Of a stretch of DNA of 64,000 nucleotides, positions 9,493 through 18,065 are shown in pieces. The position numbers and the translations under genes are program-made. How positions within the stretch are numbered: position 1 is the stretch's first letter; the number at the start of each line of letters is the position of its first letter. Source of the stretch: an uncultured Gammaproteobacteria bacterium (GTDB lineage: Bacteria; Patescibacteriota; Microgenomatia; UBA10105; UBA927). Under the pieces are notes generated by a model. The model did no database searches and was not told the DNA's origin. It was given only the letters and a program-made list of their open reading frames with translations. The stretch is from positions 78,214-142,213 of the forward strand of contig CAZNKB010000004.1 of assembly GCA_964573695.1 (NCBI GenBank), in the 5' to 3' direction.

Positions 9493-11720
9493 CTTCTGCC
9501 TGCCGGCCACGAAGAAATGATAAGTGGTTCATGATTTTCCTTTGAAAGCTTGCTCCAGATTTCTTCGGTTACAAACGGCATGAATGGATGAAGGAGCTTT
9601 AAATACACCAATAATCCTTGCTTGAGTTGCTTGTTTGAAATCGCACCTTCTTTGGCCTGTTCTATGGCCTGATCACAGAACCAGTGCCAAAAGGTTTCAT
9701 AAAGAATTTCTGCCGCTTCGTTAAATCGGTACCGGTCGATAGCTTTGGTTGTTTTTTTTATCACCTCATCCAGCTTGCTGGTAAATTCTGTTTCTTTGTT
9801 TTCGATACCAGGCATTGCTTCCAGCTCCGCTTGCGTCTGTTGCATTTCCACAAACCGGGCTGCGTTCCAGATTTTGTTGGCGAAGTTCCTCATGCCGCGG
9901 ATCTTGTCTTCCGAAACAGGGATATCACTTCCCGGGCCGGCTCCGAACATAAGCGCCATGCGGAGTGCGTCTGCACCGTATTTTGCCACCATGTCAATCG
10001 GATTCATGACATTTCCCTTGGATTTACTCATTTTCTGGCCCTTGGCGTCGACGACGCGGGAGTGGAGGTGAATGACTTCAAACGGTACGTCGCCGGTCCT
10101 GTATATCCCGAGCATCATCATGCGGGCGACCCAGAAGAAGAGGATGTCCCACATGGTATCAAGGACCGAGGTGGGATAAAAGTATTTGAAGTCTTCATTG
10201 TCGGGAAACCCGAGAGTGGTGATAGGCCACTGACCTGAGAGAAACCATGTATCAAACGTATCGGTCTCGCGGATCCAATTCCCTTCGGCAGGTGCGGTTT
10301 CACCGATATGGATTTCCGGCTGGTTTTCTTTACGTTCGTAAATAGGAACCATGACGCGTTGGATACCTTTGGATATTTCTTCCAGGGAAGCGTGTACTGG
10401 ATAGTATTGGCCGATAGAGCCCTGCTTCAATGTTTTGTTTTTGTCCAGAAACGATACCCAGATACGATGTTCGTGCCCGTCGATTTTGTGCCAGACGGGA
10501 ATTCTGGGACCCCATACGACCTGACGGGAGATGTTCCAGTCGAGGATATTTTTCATCCAGTCGAAGTACATTTTTTCAAACCGTTTAAGCGGAACGATTT
10601 TGGTTTTCCCTTTTTTGACCGCTTCTATCGCCGGTTTAGCAAGATTTTGAGTTTTTACGTACCACTGGGGGAGGGGGAGGGGTTCGATAACCGTGCCGCA
10701 TTTGTAGCATGTCGCCACAGAATGCACGTAGTTTTCGTCCACATGATCCATGAGCCCCTTTGCTGTTAAATCGGCGACCACCTTTTCCCTCGCTGCCTTG
10801 ACCTTAAGACCTGCATACGGGCCGGTTTCTTGAGTTAACCGTCCGTCGAATCCGATTATTTGCTTAAGCGGCAGGTTGTGGCGTTTGGCAATTTCAAAAT
10901 CGGTAAAATCATGTGCCGGCGTGACCTTTGCCGCGCCTGTGCCGAATTTTGGATCTATGGCATCGTCGCTAACGACCTTGACCGTAAACGGTCCGAGCAA
11001 GCCTTCCACCTCAATTTCCTTACCAATCCACGGCTTATACCGCTTATCCTTGGGGTTGACCGCGACGGCGGTATCGCCGAATTTAGTTTCCGGCCGGACG
11101 GTGGCAAGGATAAACGGTCCGTATTTCATGTAGTAGAGTGGGTCGGTTTGCTCCACGCGTTTGACCTCGAGATCGGAGTAGCTTGTACCGCACTTAGTGC
11201 AGTAGTTGACGAGTCGGTCGTCACGATATAGAAGGCCGTCTTTGTGAAGTTTGTAGAAGGTATCAAAGACAATATGGACGATGTTTGGATCCAGTGAATA
11301 TTTATATCTGGTCCAGTCCAGGGAAAACCCCAGGCGTTTCATCTGGTCGCGATTGAGGTTCTTGTTCTGCTCGACGAAGTCGGAGATCATTCCATAAAGC
11401 GTCTCCCTGTCAAAATCAAACCGGCTTTTTCCTTCTTTGGCAAGTCGTTTTTCAAATACATATTGGGTTTCTATGCCGGCATGATCACCGCCGGGGAGCC
11501 ACAGGGTGGGGTCACCCTTCATGCGGTGGTAGCGGATAAGGATGTCTTGCACGGTAAACATGGCGTGTCCCATATGCATTGGGTCGTTTGCGTTAGGGAG
11601 GGGGAGTAGGATAGTGAACGGCTTTTTCTTTTTGTCGATTTTCGGCGTGAAGTAGCCGCCGTTTTCCCACATGCGGTAGATTGCTTCCTCAACTGTTTTC
11701 GGATCGAAGTTTTTGTCCAT
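9489..11720 (-). CDS. valS: Valine--tRNA ligase (class I aaRS, compact form)
   Basis: 743 aa; HIGH-type HMGHA, KMSKS (KMSKSKGN), ValRS-like LWLPGGDHAGIETQ block. Confidence 0.7.
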   Translation of the reverse strand: MDKNFDPKTVEEAIYRMWENGGYFTPKIDKKKKPFTILLPLPNANDPMHMGHAMFTVQDILIRYHRMKGDPTLWLPGGDHAGIETQYVFEKRLAKEGKSRFDFDRETLYGMISDFVEQNKNLNRDQMKRLGFSLDWTRYKYSLDPNIVHIVFDTFYKLHKDGLLYRDDRLVNYCTKCGTSYSDLEVKRVEQTDPLYYMKYGPFILATVRPETKFGDTAVAVNPKDKRYKPWIGKEIEVEGLLGPFTVKVVSDDAIDPKFGTGAAKVTPAHDFTDFEIAKRHNLPLKQIIGFDGRLTQETGPYAGLKVKAAREKVVADLTAKGLMDHVDENYVHSVATCYKCGTVIEPLPLPQWYVKTQNLAKPAIEAVKKGKTKIVPLKRFEKMYFDWMKNILDWNISRQVVWGPRIPVWHKIDGHEHRIWVSFLDKNKTLKQGSIGQYYPVHASLEEISKGIQRVMVPIYERKENQPEIHIGETAPAEGNWIRETDTFDTWFLSGQWPITTLGFPDNEDFKYFYPTSVLDTMWDILFFWVARMMMLGIYRTGDVPFEVIHLHSRVVDAKGQKMSKSKGNVMNPIDMVAKYGADALRMALMFGAGPGSDIPVSEDKIRGMRNFANKIWNAARFVEMQQTQAELEAMPGIENKETEFTSKLDEVIKKTTKAIDRYRFNEAAEILYETFWHWFCDQAIEQAKEGAISNKQLKQGLLVYLKLLHPFMPFVTEEIWSKLSKENHEPLIISSWPAGRS

Positions 11721-11782
11721 AGATATAGTTTACACCACAAAAAAAGTACCGTTTTTCTATAAGGACCCAACTTTTCTTGAAA

Positions 11783-11805
11783 GGCTGGGTGGTACCACCT
11801 TAGTT
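11783..11805 (-). promoter_or_regulatory. T-box-like antiterminator core in valS 5' leader (candidate)
   Basis: On minus strand AACTAAGGTGGTACCACCCAGCC resembles T-box consensus AAUUAGGGUGGUACCGCGG; UGGU bulge would pair with an A73 discriminator as in tRNA-Val. Confidence 0.35.
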
Positions 11806-11953
11806 GCTTCTCATTTTTTGCTATTACGGGCAATACCGTCCCGATTACTTATTTTACAAAAAATGTTGATCGGGAAGCTCGTCTGGTGACTAATCAGACT
11901 CGGACGCTTTTCAGACTAACATATCTGATTATAGTTGATGCGTATTGAGCCTG

Positions 11954-12250
11954 TCAAAGAAGCCAGTCCAAAAAGATATTTCGTTTTGTCGCCTTTTCCC
12001 ATATCTGTTTTTTTTTGATTGAGCCAAGCTCGGTGAGTTGTGGGTCCCATTTGATCCGAATTTCGGCAAGCCGCCCTTCATAGTACCGTCTCGCTGCTAT
12101 TTGTACTTGTTCCGCTGACATCATAGTGCGAGCTCCAACCATTGCCAGAAATTCCGGATCACGCTGCAGGCGTAATATGTTTTCATGGAGGCGGCTCTCT
12201 CTGCGCGCACGTACGATATCCCGGTGAATTTCGTGAGCAAGTGAAGGCAT
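11954..12250 (-). CDS. hypothetical protein
   Basis: 98 aa ORF between valS leader and recombinase; no motif recognised. Confidence 0.25.
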   Translation of the reverse strand: MPSLAHEIHRDIVRARRESRLHENILRLQRDPEFLAMVGARTMMSAEQVQIAARRYYEGRLAEIRIKWDPQLTELGSIKKKQIWEKATKRNIFLDWLL

Positions 12251-12288
12251 AAGCGCTTTTTGGGCCGGTTACCTGAGGTGAAAAAAGT

Positions 12289-13149
12289 TTAGAGCTCTTC
12301 GAGTTTGACGTGATCAGCGGGTTTGTCCTTGATAAACTCAAGATATTTTTCCGTTGTGGAGAGACGTTTGTGACCCACGAGTTTGCTTATGGTCGTAATT
12401 GGTGTGCCGCTCATAAGGTGATGAGCGATAAAGGTGTGTCGCAGATCGTTTACTTTTGCGTCCTCGATCCCCGCGACTTTAAAATACCGGTCTATGGCTG
12501 TTCGTATATTGCGAATAAGCAGTGGCCGTCCTGTTTTTGTAATAAACAGCGCTTGTGATTTGGCGGTTGTGCTTTTGATTTTGATCCAGTTGTCGAGCGC
12601 TTCCCGGCCTGCCCGATTTAGGGGGACCATACGTTCAATATGGCCTTCCTGAGCCGCAACATGAAGCTCGTTTTCCCGTACGTCGCCAACGGTGAGATTG
12701 GCAAGCTCTCCGATACGCAAGCCCGTTTGCAAAAAGAGTTCGACAATCGCGTAGGTTCGAAGATCTCCTCGACAGGCATCACGAAGTGCGCGGTATTCAA
12801 GTTTTGAAAGAATTCTTGGCGGTTTGACGTCGTATTTGGGATGTTCTATATCTCCGGCCGGATCAACAGCTATGACACCGGTCGTTTTGAGGAACCGGTA
12901 AAATGTTTTCATCGAATTGATTTTGCGTGAAATAGATTTTGGGGTGTAACTGTCTGCCGCGAGTTTTTTTAGGAATGCCTCAAGCTCTTCGCGGGAGACT
13001 GTCGATATGTCTTTTTTGCCGGCATTGGTCAAAAAGGCGACAAGCTGCTCAATATCTTTGCTGTATGCTACTATGGTAGCGTGAGCCCGACGTCGGGATT
13101 CAAGGTGTTCGACGAACTGTTTGTGGGCGGCTTTTAGGTCAAGTGTCAT
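12289..13149 (-). CDS. Tyrosine site-specific recombinase (XerC/XerD family)
   Basis: 286 aa; catalytic region LRHTFIAHHLMSGTPITTISKLVGHKRLSTTEKYLEF with terminal Tyr. Confidence 0.75.
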   Translation of the reverse strand: MTLDLKAAHKQFVEHLESRRRAHATIVAYSKDIEQLVAFLTNAGKKDISTVSREELEAFLKKLAADSYTPKSISRKINSMKTFYRFLKTTGVIAVDPAGDIEHPKYDVKPPRILSKLEYRALRDACRGDLRTYAIVELFLQTGLRIGELANLTVGDVRENELHVAAQEGHIERMVPLNRAGREALDNWIKIKSTTAKSQALFITKTGRPLLIRNIRTAIDRYFKVAGIEDAKVNDLRHTFIAHHLMSGTPITTISKLVGHKRLSTTEKYLEFIKDKPADHVKLEEL

Positions 13150-13265
13150 AGTGTGAAATCAGGAAACAGAAGCATGACTCAATTTTCGTTTAGAATTGAG
13201 GGACAGAGTATCGCTCCGTTTTCTTAAAGCCTATAATATCATATACTAGCCCAAAGCGCAACAGC

Positions 13266-13613
13266 ATGAGACATATACAGCCTCATTTACGCACGATTAT
13301 CATATGGGGAATTAGCCTCATTTTGTGCGTAAGTGCCGGCGGTACCATTATAAACCTCTGGGCTCGTCGCGGCATAGTTCGGGAGCGCGAGCAGGAACTT
13401 CGCAACTTACAACAGGAGAATCGAAGCCTTGAGGGCGAGCTTCAGGATATCCGTGGGGAGGCATACGTCGAGCGGATAGCGCGGGACAAGCTCGGAATGG
13501 TGCGGGAGGGAGAGTCGATAGTGCTTTTGCCCAACCCACGTGACGACCCAGGGAATGGGGATAACACTGCAAATCTACCCAATTGGAAAAAGTGGTGGAA
13601 CTTGTTTTTTTAG
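13266..13613 (+). CDS. ftsB: Septum formation initiator FtsB/DivIC family protein
   Basis: 115 aa; N-terminal TM then coiled coil RELRNLQQENRSLEGELQDIRGEAYVERIARDKLGMV. Confidence 0.6.
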   Translation: MRHIQPHLRTIIIWGISLILCVSAGGTIINLWARRGIVREREQELRNLQQENRSLEGELQDIRGEAYVERIARDKLGMVREGESIVLLPNPRDDPGNGDNTANLPNWKKWWNLFF

Positions 13614-13629
13614 GTGTCGAGTAATTGTG

Positions 13630-13704
13630 CTGGTGCCAGCGGCAGGGATCGAACCTGCGACAAATGCCTTATGAAGACACTGCTCTACCACTGAGCTACG
13701 CTGG
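13630..13704 (-). tRNA. tRNA with CAT anticodon (elongator tRNA-Met or lysidine-modified tRNA-Ile2)
   Basis: Reverse complement GCCAGCGTAGCTCAGTGGTAGAGCAGTGTCTTCATAAGGCATTTGTCGCAGGTTCGATCCCTGCCGCTGGCACCA folds as cloverleaf: 7-bp acceptor, TTCGATC T-loop, anticodon loop TTCATAA, encoded CCA. Confidence 0.8.
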
Positions 13705-13948
13705 CTATACGAACTATTTAGTTTATTAACACTGCTCCCGCCTCTTCGGCGGGTCGCCGATGAGGCGACTACCACTGATACACCGGCCTGTATATGCACA
13801 TTTTATCAAATTGGCCTGATAAGGCAACCCGTACAATATCCTGTTTACATGATACAATAGAGCTATTCAACCACTCTGATCGTATGCTTTGCTCTTGTGC
13901 TTAACAGGTACGTGATAGATTGGTGTAAGTGGGAGGTGAGTATAATTC

Positions 13949-14377
13949 ATGGCAGCTAAATTATTTGTTGGGGGACTATCCTGGGATACGACAGAAGACA
14001 CGCTCAAAAATCACTTTGCCCAAGTTGGGCCGGTGGCGAGCGCACAGGTTATCACTGACAAGTTTACCGGTAAGTCTCGAGGATTTGGATTTGTCGAGAT
14101 GAGTAATCCCGACGACGCACAAAAAGCAATCCAGGATCTCAACGGCACGCAACTCGACGGACGGTCGATTGTCGTTAACGAAGCCAAACCTATGGCTCCC
14201 CGCGAAAATCGCGGAGGCGGAGGTGGTGGGTATCGAGGCGGCGGAGGATTTGGTGGTAATAGAGGAGGCGGAGGAGGGAGAGGTGGATTCGGAGGAGGGA
14301 GACGCGACGATCGTGGAGGTCGGGGCGGTTACGATAGGCGAGGGGGTGGAGACGACCGCGGAGGAAGAGATTGGTAA
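13949..14377 (+). CDS. RRM-domain RNA-binding protein with Gly/Arg-rich (RGG) tail
   Basis: 142 aa; RNP-2 KLFVGGL and RNP-1 RGFGFVEM; C-terminal GGGGYRGGGGFGGNRGGGG repeats. Confidence 0.8.
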   Translation: MAAKLFVGGLSWDTTEDTLKNHFAQVGPVASAQVITDKFTGKSRGFGFVEMSNPDDAQKAIQDLNGTQLDGRSIVVNEAKPMAPRENRGGGGGGYRGGGGFGGNRGGGGGRGGFGGGRRDDRGGRGGYDRRGGGDDRGGRDW

Positions 14378-14400
14378 CTATTTTTGAATTCAAAAAGAAA

Positions 14401-14428
14401 ATCACCCCGGGAGACCGGGGTGATTTTT
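14401..14428. terminator. Bidirectional rho-independent terminator between convergent genes
   Basis: ATCACCCCGGGAGACCGGGGTGAT perfect hairpin followed by TTTT; flanked by A-run on other side. Confidence 0.65.
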
Positions 14429-14671
14429 GTTGTGAGAGGCAAGCATCCTTATCTTCTTTTTCCTTGGCCACTTTTTAATTTCTGCTTCCCGCCTGAGCGC
14501 ACCTGATTTGGTGGATCGGCGCTCAATATAGAGAATTTTGACCGGCGTATGGGAGCGGGTATAAGCACCACCATTACCAGCTAGATGAGTTCTAAATCGT
14601 TTCTCTACATTATTGGTCGATCCAGTATATAAAGATCGATCTTGGCACAGCAGGATATAAACAAACCACAT
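14402..14671 (-). CDS. GIY-YIG nuclease family protein (small standalone)
   Basis: 89 aa; FVYILLC…LYTGSTNNVEKRFRTH…YTR motif typical of GIY-YIG. Confidence 0.7.
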   Translation of the reverse strand: MWFVYILLCQDRSLYTGSTNNVEKRFRTHLAGNGGAYTRSHTPVKILYIERRSTKSGALRREAEIKKWPRKKKIRMLASHNKNHPGLPG

Positions 14672-14722
14672 GGTTTTATGTATCTATGATATGCTTGAAA
14701 AAAGCAAGTTTGGCTTCAGTAT

Positions 14723-15661
14723 ATGCGGGTAAGACAGCTCTTTGTTATCGTCTCTTCCGTTGTCCTTTCCCTCGCAGTGTTTGAAGAGGGGCTGAGGCTG
14801 TTGAATTACCCGTATATCGGGTGCAAAGAGCTTGATGAAGTTGCTGAGTACCAGATTGGTCAGTTCGACCCAGTATTGGGCTGGAGTTATAAACCTTCTT
14901 ATTCCGTTCGCCATTGGGATAACAAAACCTATTCATTTAGCGTTGAAGGATATCGGGCGTTATCCACAGAGGATCACAGCGACTCCGCTAAACCCACGAT
15001 TCTCATCGTTGGGGATTCGTTTATGTTCGGGCATGGTCTGGATTTTGAGGAAACATTCGGGTATAAACTTGAGGAGGCACTGAGCCACTCGTACAACGTG
15101 CTCAATTTTGCCGTTCAGGGATATGGGTTGGATCAGACATATCTTCATCTCCGGCGGCTTATGGACGTATATGCGCCGCTATATGTAATCGTTGATATCC
15201 ATGAGGATCAGGATTATCGAAATATCAATCGCGATCGTAGGGCTTTTTTCCCATGCAGCAGGCTTACGGGTACCAAGCCTGTCTTTTCACTCAAAAACGG
15301 AGCGCTTGTGCAAACCCACGCACCGGAGCGGTTTGAGTCTTATGATAGTCCGCGGTTACGTTTGGTGCTTCGGAGAGTGGGAGAGGTGCTGAACCAGAGA
15401 AGTAGTGGTAAGACGGCGCTGTCCCAGAAAATATACGAGGAAATGCGGCGGTACGTTGCGAGTCGTGGAGCAAAGCTTTTTGAGATAAATTATCAGCTGG
15501 CTATACGCGACTATCAGATTGACCCCAATACCTCCAGCGCATCGGCAATAGTTGTGGATTACGGCAATGAATACCTGGTTGACGGAGTACACCCAAACGG
15601 GTTAGCCACTACCAGAATGGTGAAAGAGTTCCTTGAACGGTTTAGATTACAGATTAAATAA
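14723..15661 (+). CDS. SGNH/GDSL hydrolase family protein
   Basis: 312 aa; N-terminal signal/TM, ILIVGDSFMFGHGL block (GDS(L) motif); C-terminal DGVHPN resembling catalytic D-x-x-H. Confidence 0.5.
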   Translation: MRVRQLFVIVSSVVLSLAVFEEGLRLLNYPYIGCKELDEVAEYQIGQFDPVLGWSYKPSYSVRHWDNKTYSFSVEGYRALSTEDHSDSAKPTILIVGDSFMFGHGLDFEETFGYKLEEALSHSYNVLNFAVQGYGLDQTYLHLRRLMDVYAPLYVIVDIHEDQDYRNINRDRRAFFPCSRLTGTKPVFSLKNGALVQTHAPERFESYDSPRLRLVLRRVGEVLNQRSSGKTALSQKIYEEMRRYVASRGAKLFEINYQLAIRDYQIDPNTSSASAIVVDYGNEYLVDGVHPNGLATTRMVKEFLERFRLQIK

Positions 15662-15712
15662 GCCTTGGTTGCGGGGGTTACGTGAAATCCGCACCTATTT
15701 CTTCACCCGCTC

Positions 15713-16735
15713 TTGCTATGCTACGATAATACCATGAAGATCGGGTTTTTTGAAACAGAAGAGTGGGAAAAGGAATATCTCGAAAAAGCGCTTTCCGATC
15801 ACCAGCTCGTGTTCAATAGTGAGCCCCTTACAGTGGATACTGCCAACGACGTGATCGACTGCGATGTTCTCTCGACTTTCATCTACTCTCCTCTCAAAGG
15901 CGACCTCCTCGCTCGTTTTTCCAATCTCAAGCTCATAGTAACACGCTCAACCGGCTATGACCATATTGATTTGGAATACTGCAAGAACAAAAATGTCGCT
16001 GTTTGTAATGTGCCCACCTACGGGATAAACACCATTGCCGAACATACATTCGCCCTGATGCTTGCACTGACCCGACGCCTTATTCCCTCTGTGGACCGCA
16101 CGCGCCGGGGAAACTTTGCTCTTGACGGTCTCAGAGGAGTTGAGCTGGCTGGAAAAACATTGGGCATCGTTGGCTTTGGACACATCGGGAAACGCGTCAT
16201 GGAGCTAGCAAAGGCGTTCCGGATGAACGTGGTTGTCTATACAAGACATCCAGAGGCATCATCCCCAGACGAACACGTCCAGTTTGTCGACCTGCCGACA
16301 CTTTTGGGTACGTCAGATATCGTGAGCCTCCATGTGCCTCTAATCGCTGAAACAAAGCACATGCTCAATAAGAAGAATATCCCGCTCATGAAAAAAGGCA
16401 GCATCCTTATCAACACCGCCCGCGGAGCAATTGTGGAGACAGAAGCAATCTTGTGGGCACTGGAGCAAGGTGTTCTTTCCGGTGTAGGGCTTGATGTGTT
16501 GGAAGAAGAATGCGTGCTCAAAGAAGAGCGGGCACTTCTGACGCACGAGTTTTTGGCAACGTGTGACCTCAAAACGCAGCTTCTTAACCATGTTTTGATT
16601 ACGAAAGAAAACGTTATTATTACTCCGCACAATGCCTTCAATAGCCAGGAGGCATTGCAGGAGATTCTCCTGACTACTGTGAAAAACATCGAGGCGTGGC
16701 AAGAGGAGAGGTCTCAAAATAGAGTGACCTCATAA
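15713..16735 (+). CDS. D-isomer-specific 2-hydroxyacid dehydrogenase (D-lactate/phosphoglycerate dehydrogenase family)
   Basis: 340 aa; NAD-binding GIVGFGHIGKRVMELAKAF; catalytic region …TPHNAFNSQEA. Confidence 0.75.
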   Translation: MLCYDNTMKIGFFETEEWEKEYLEKALSDHQLVFNSEPLTVDTANDVIDCDVLSTFIYSPLKGDLLARFSNLKLIVTRSTGYDHIDLEYCKNKNVAVCNVPTYGINTIAEHTFALMLALTRRLIPSVDRTRRGNFALDGLRGVELAGKTLGIVGFGHIGKRVMELAKAFRMNVVVYTRHPEASSPDEHVQFVDLPTLLGTSDIVSLHVPLIAETKHMLNKKNIPLMKKGSILINTARGAIVETEAILWALEQGVLSGVGLDVLEEECVLKEERALLTHEFLATCDLKTQLLNHVLITKENVIITPHNAFNSQEALQEILLTTVKNIEAWQEERSQNRVTS

Positions 16736-16769
16736 AAAATGGACGCAAATTCTGCACCCATTTCTACTC

Positions 16770-16842
16770 TGGTTGCGGGGCTGGGAATCGCACCCAGCCT
16801 AGGAGATTATGAGCCTCCTGTGCAACTTTACACTACCCCGCG
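16770..16842 (-). tRNA. Initiator-type tRNA-fMet (CAT) with C1·A72 mismatch
   Basis: Reverse complement CGCGGGGTAGTGTAAAGTTGCACAGGAGGCTCATAATCTCCTAGGCTGGGTGCGATTCCCAGCCCCGCAACCA; 5' CGCGGGG and 3' CCCCGCAACCA ends identical to E. coli tRNA-fMet; anticodon loop CUCAUAA. Confidence 0.75.
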
Positions 16843-16933
16843 GCATATGCTGCTTGTATAGTATAGCCGACTATCGAGCCTAGGTCAAAGTTTAGGTTGT
16901 AATAATAATAGTTATAGGATATAATATGACCTT

Positions 16934-17236
16934 ATGAATTCAGCTGATTACGAAAGCGTATTGAGATCACATCAGATCATTGCCGATTTGCAGGCTCTTC
17001 ATCGAAACAAAAAACGTGAGGAAGAGTATGCATTATGCACGGGAAAACCCCCTTTGCGCACGAAGCTTTCTATGAATCTTGAGTGGACCGCGAGGCTACA
17101 TGGAGCATCCGGGGAAGCAATACGACATGCCGAGGTCACGAAAGACATGACACACAGGATCAGTGCAATATCTGGTTTTTTGGCCGATTTAAACGCTTCA
17201 CGACCCACGGCGCAACGTACATTATCACTCCAGTAA
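16934..17236 (+). CDS. hypothetical protein
   Basis: 100 aa ORF, no motif; overlaps a minus-strand ORF at its 3' end so one of the two may be spurious. Confidence 0.2.
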   Translation: MNSADYESVLRSHQIIADLQALHRNKKREEEYALCTGKPPLRTKLSMNLEWTARLHGASGEAIRHAEVTKDMTHRISAISGFLADLNASRPTAQRTLSLQ

Positions 17237-17441
17237 TCATCTGCAGACCAAATACCACACTGAAGTATAAGGCTGTTTGAAAATGAAGCAAACGCGCCTG
17301 CTCCTGATCAATCATCGGTAAAGCGAGCGGGTATCTCAAGGTGAGCCCTGTAATCATCTGTACGAGCCCCAAAATCACAACAAGCAGTAACACAAATCTG
17401 TGTACCCTGCGGGCGTAATAGGTGATCTTTCCTATGTCCAT
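17160..17441 (-). CDS. small hypothetical membrane protein
   Basis: 93 aa with two clear hydrophobic helices. Confidence 0.25.
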   Translation of the reverse strand: MDIGKITYYARRVHRFVLLLVVILGLVQMITGLTLRYPLALPMIDQEQARLLHFQTALYFSVVFGLQMITGVIMYVAPWVVKRLNRPKNQILH

Positions 17442-17461
17442 ATTATGCGTATTGTATCAGG

Positions 17462-18019
17462 TTAGAGGAACCTCGGAACTCGTTTCATGTATGAAGCGTA
17501 CCGCTGTCCGAAATATGCTCTCAAGAGCTTTTCTTCCGTTTGCACTGCGCGCCTCACGGCGAGACCAAACAATAGTATAAGCACGATTCCATAGCTTTGT
17601 AAGGCGACTTGTTGACCAAAAAAAAGCATCATTAATCCGACATAAATAGGATTACGGGTAAACGAAAAAGGTCCGGTCATGATAAGTCGCGATTGTATGT
17701 TTTTGTCATGTTGTGCGGGCCTTCCCCAGCTTGTTCCCATGACGACTTTTGCCCAGGAAGCGAGTATCGTACCAAAAACGGCAATAAGGAGCCCTAATTC
17801 TTCTACATGAGGAATCCCGAGGTCATAAGGAAACGTAAGACGGGGAATCATGAGAAGCTGTATAAATCCCAGGATTTCAAATAGTACGATCGGAATAGAG
17901 CGAACGTTCTTCCATGTTCCGAAGAAGCTTTCGATGTTTCTGCCCTTGCTTGTCACTGTCCACAAAAACTGGATGAAGACATGGCAGGTTATGCATATTA
18001 GGATAATAGGCGTCATCAT
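17462..18019 (-). CDS. Isoprenylcysteine carboxyl methyltransferase (ICMT)/phospholipid methyltransferase family membrane protein
   Basis: 185 aa polytopic; C-terminal FTRNPIYVGLMMLF…EEKLLRAYFGQRY block characteristic of ICMT/PEMT family. Confidence 0.6.
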   Translation of the reverse strand: MMTPIILICITCHVFIQFLWTVTSKGRNIESFFGTWKNVRSIPIVLFEILGFIQLLMIPRLTFPYDLGIPHVEELGLLIAVFGTILASWAKVVMGTSWGRPAQHDKNIQSRLIMTGPFSFTRNPIYVGLMMLFFGQQVALQSYGIVLILLFGLAVRRAVQTEEKLLRAYFGQRYASYMKRVPRFL

Positions 18020-18065
18020 TTTTATGATACCAAAATTTTGTCCTATTTGACGTTTATGTTATACT

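Noticed and set aside
9684-10238. 184-aa plus-strand ORF within valS
   Set aside because: Antisense to valS core (HIGH/KMSKS region); Cys/His-rich artefactual translation.
12289-13149. Integrase as marker of a mobile element
   Set aside because: Length and motif layout fit chromosomal XerC/D; flanking genes are housekeeping and no att repeat of the adjacent tRNA was visible by eye (kept as low-interest finding only).
14169-14387. 72-aa alternative-frame ORF over the RGG tail
   Set aside because: Out-of-frame reading of the Gly-rich repeat of the RRM protein.
16237-16717. Two minus-strand ORFs (150 and 125 aa) inside the 2-hydroxyacid dehydrogenase gene
   Set aside because: Antisense to a gene with strong NAD-binding and catalytic motifs; no independent support.
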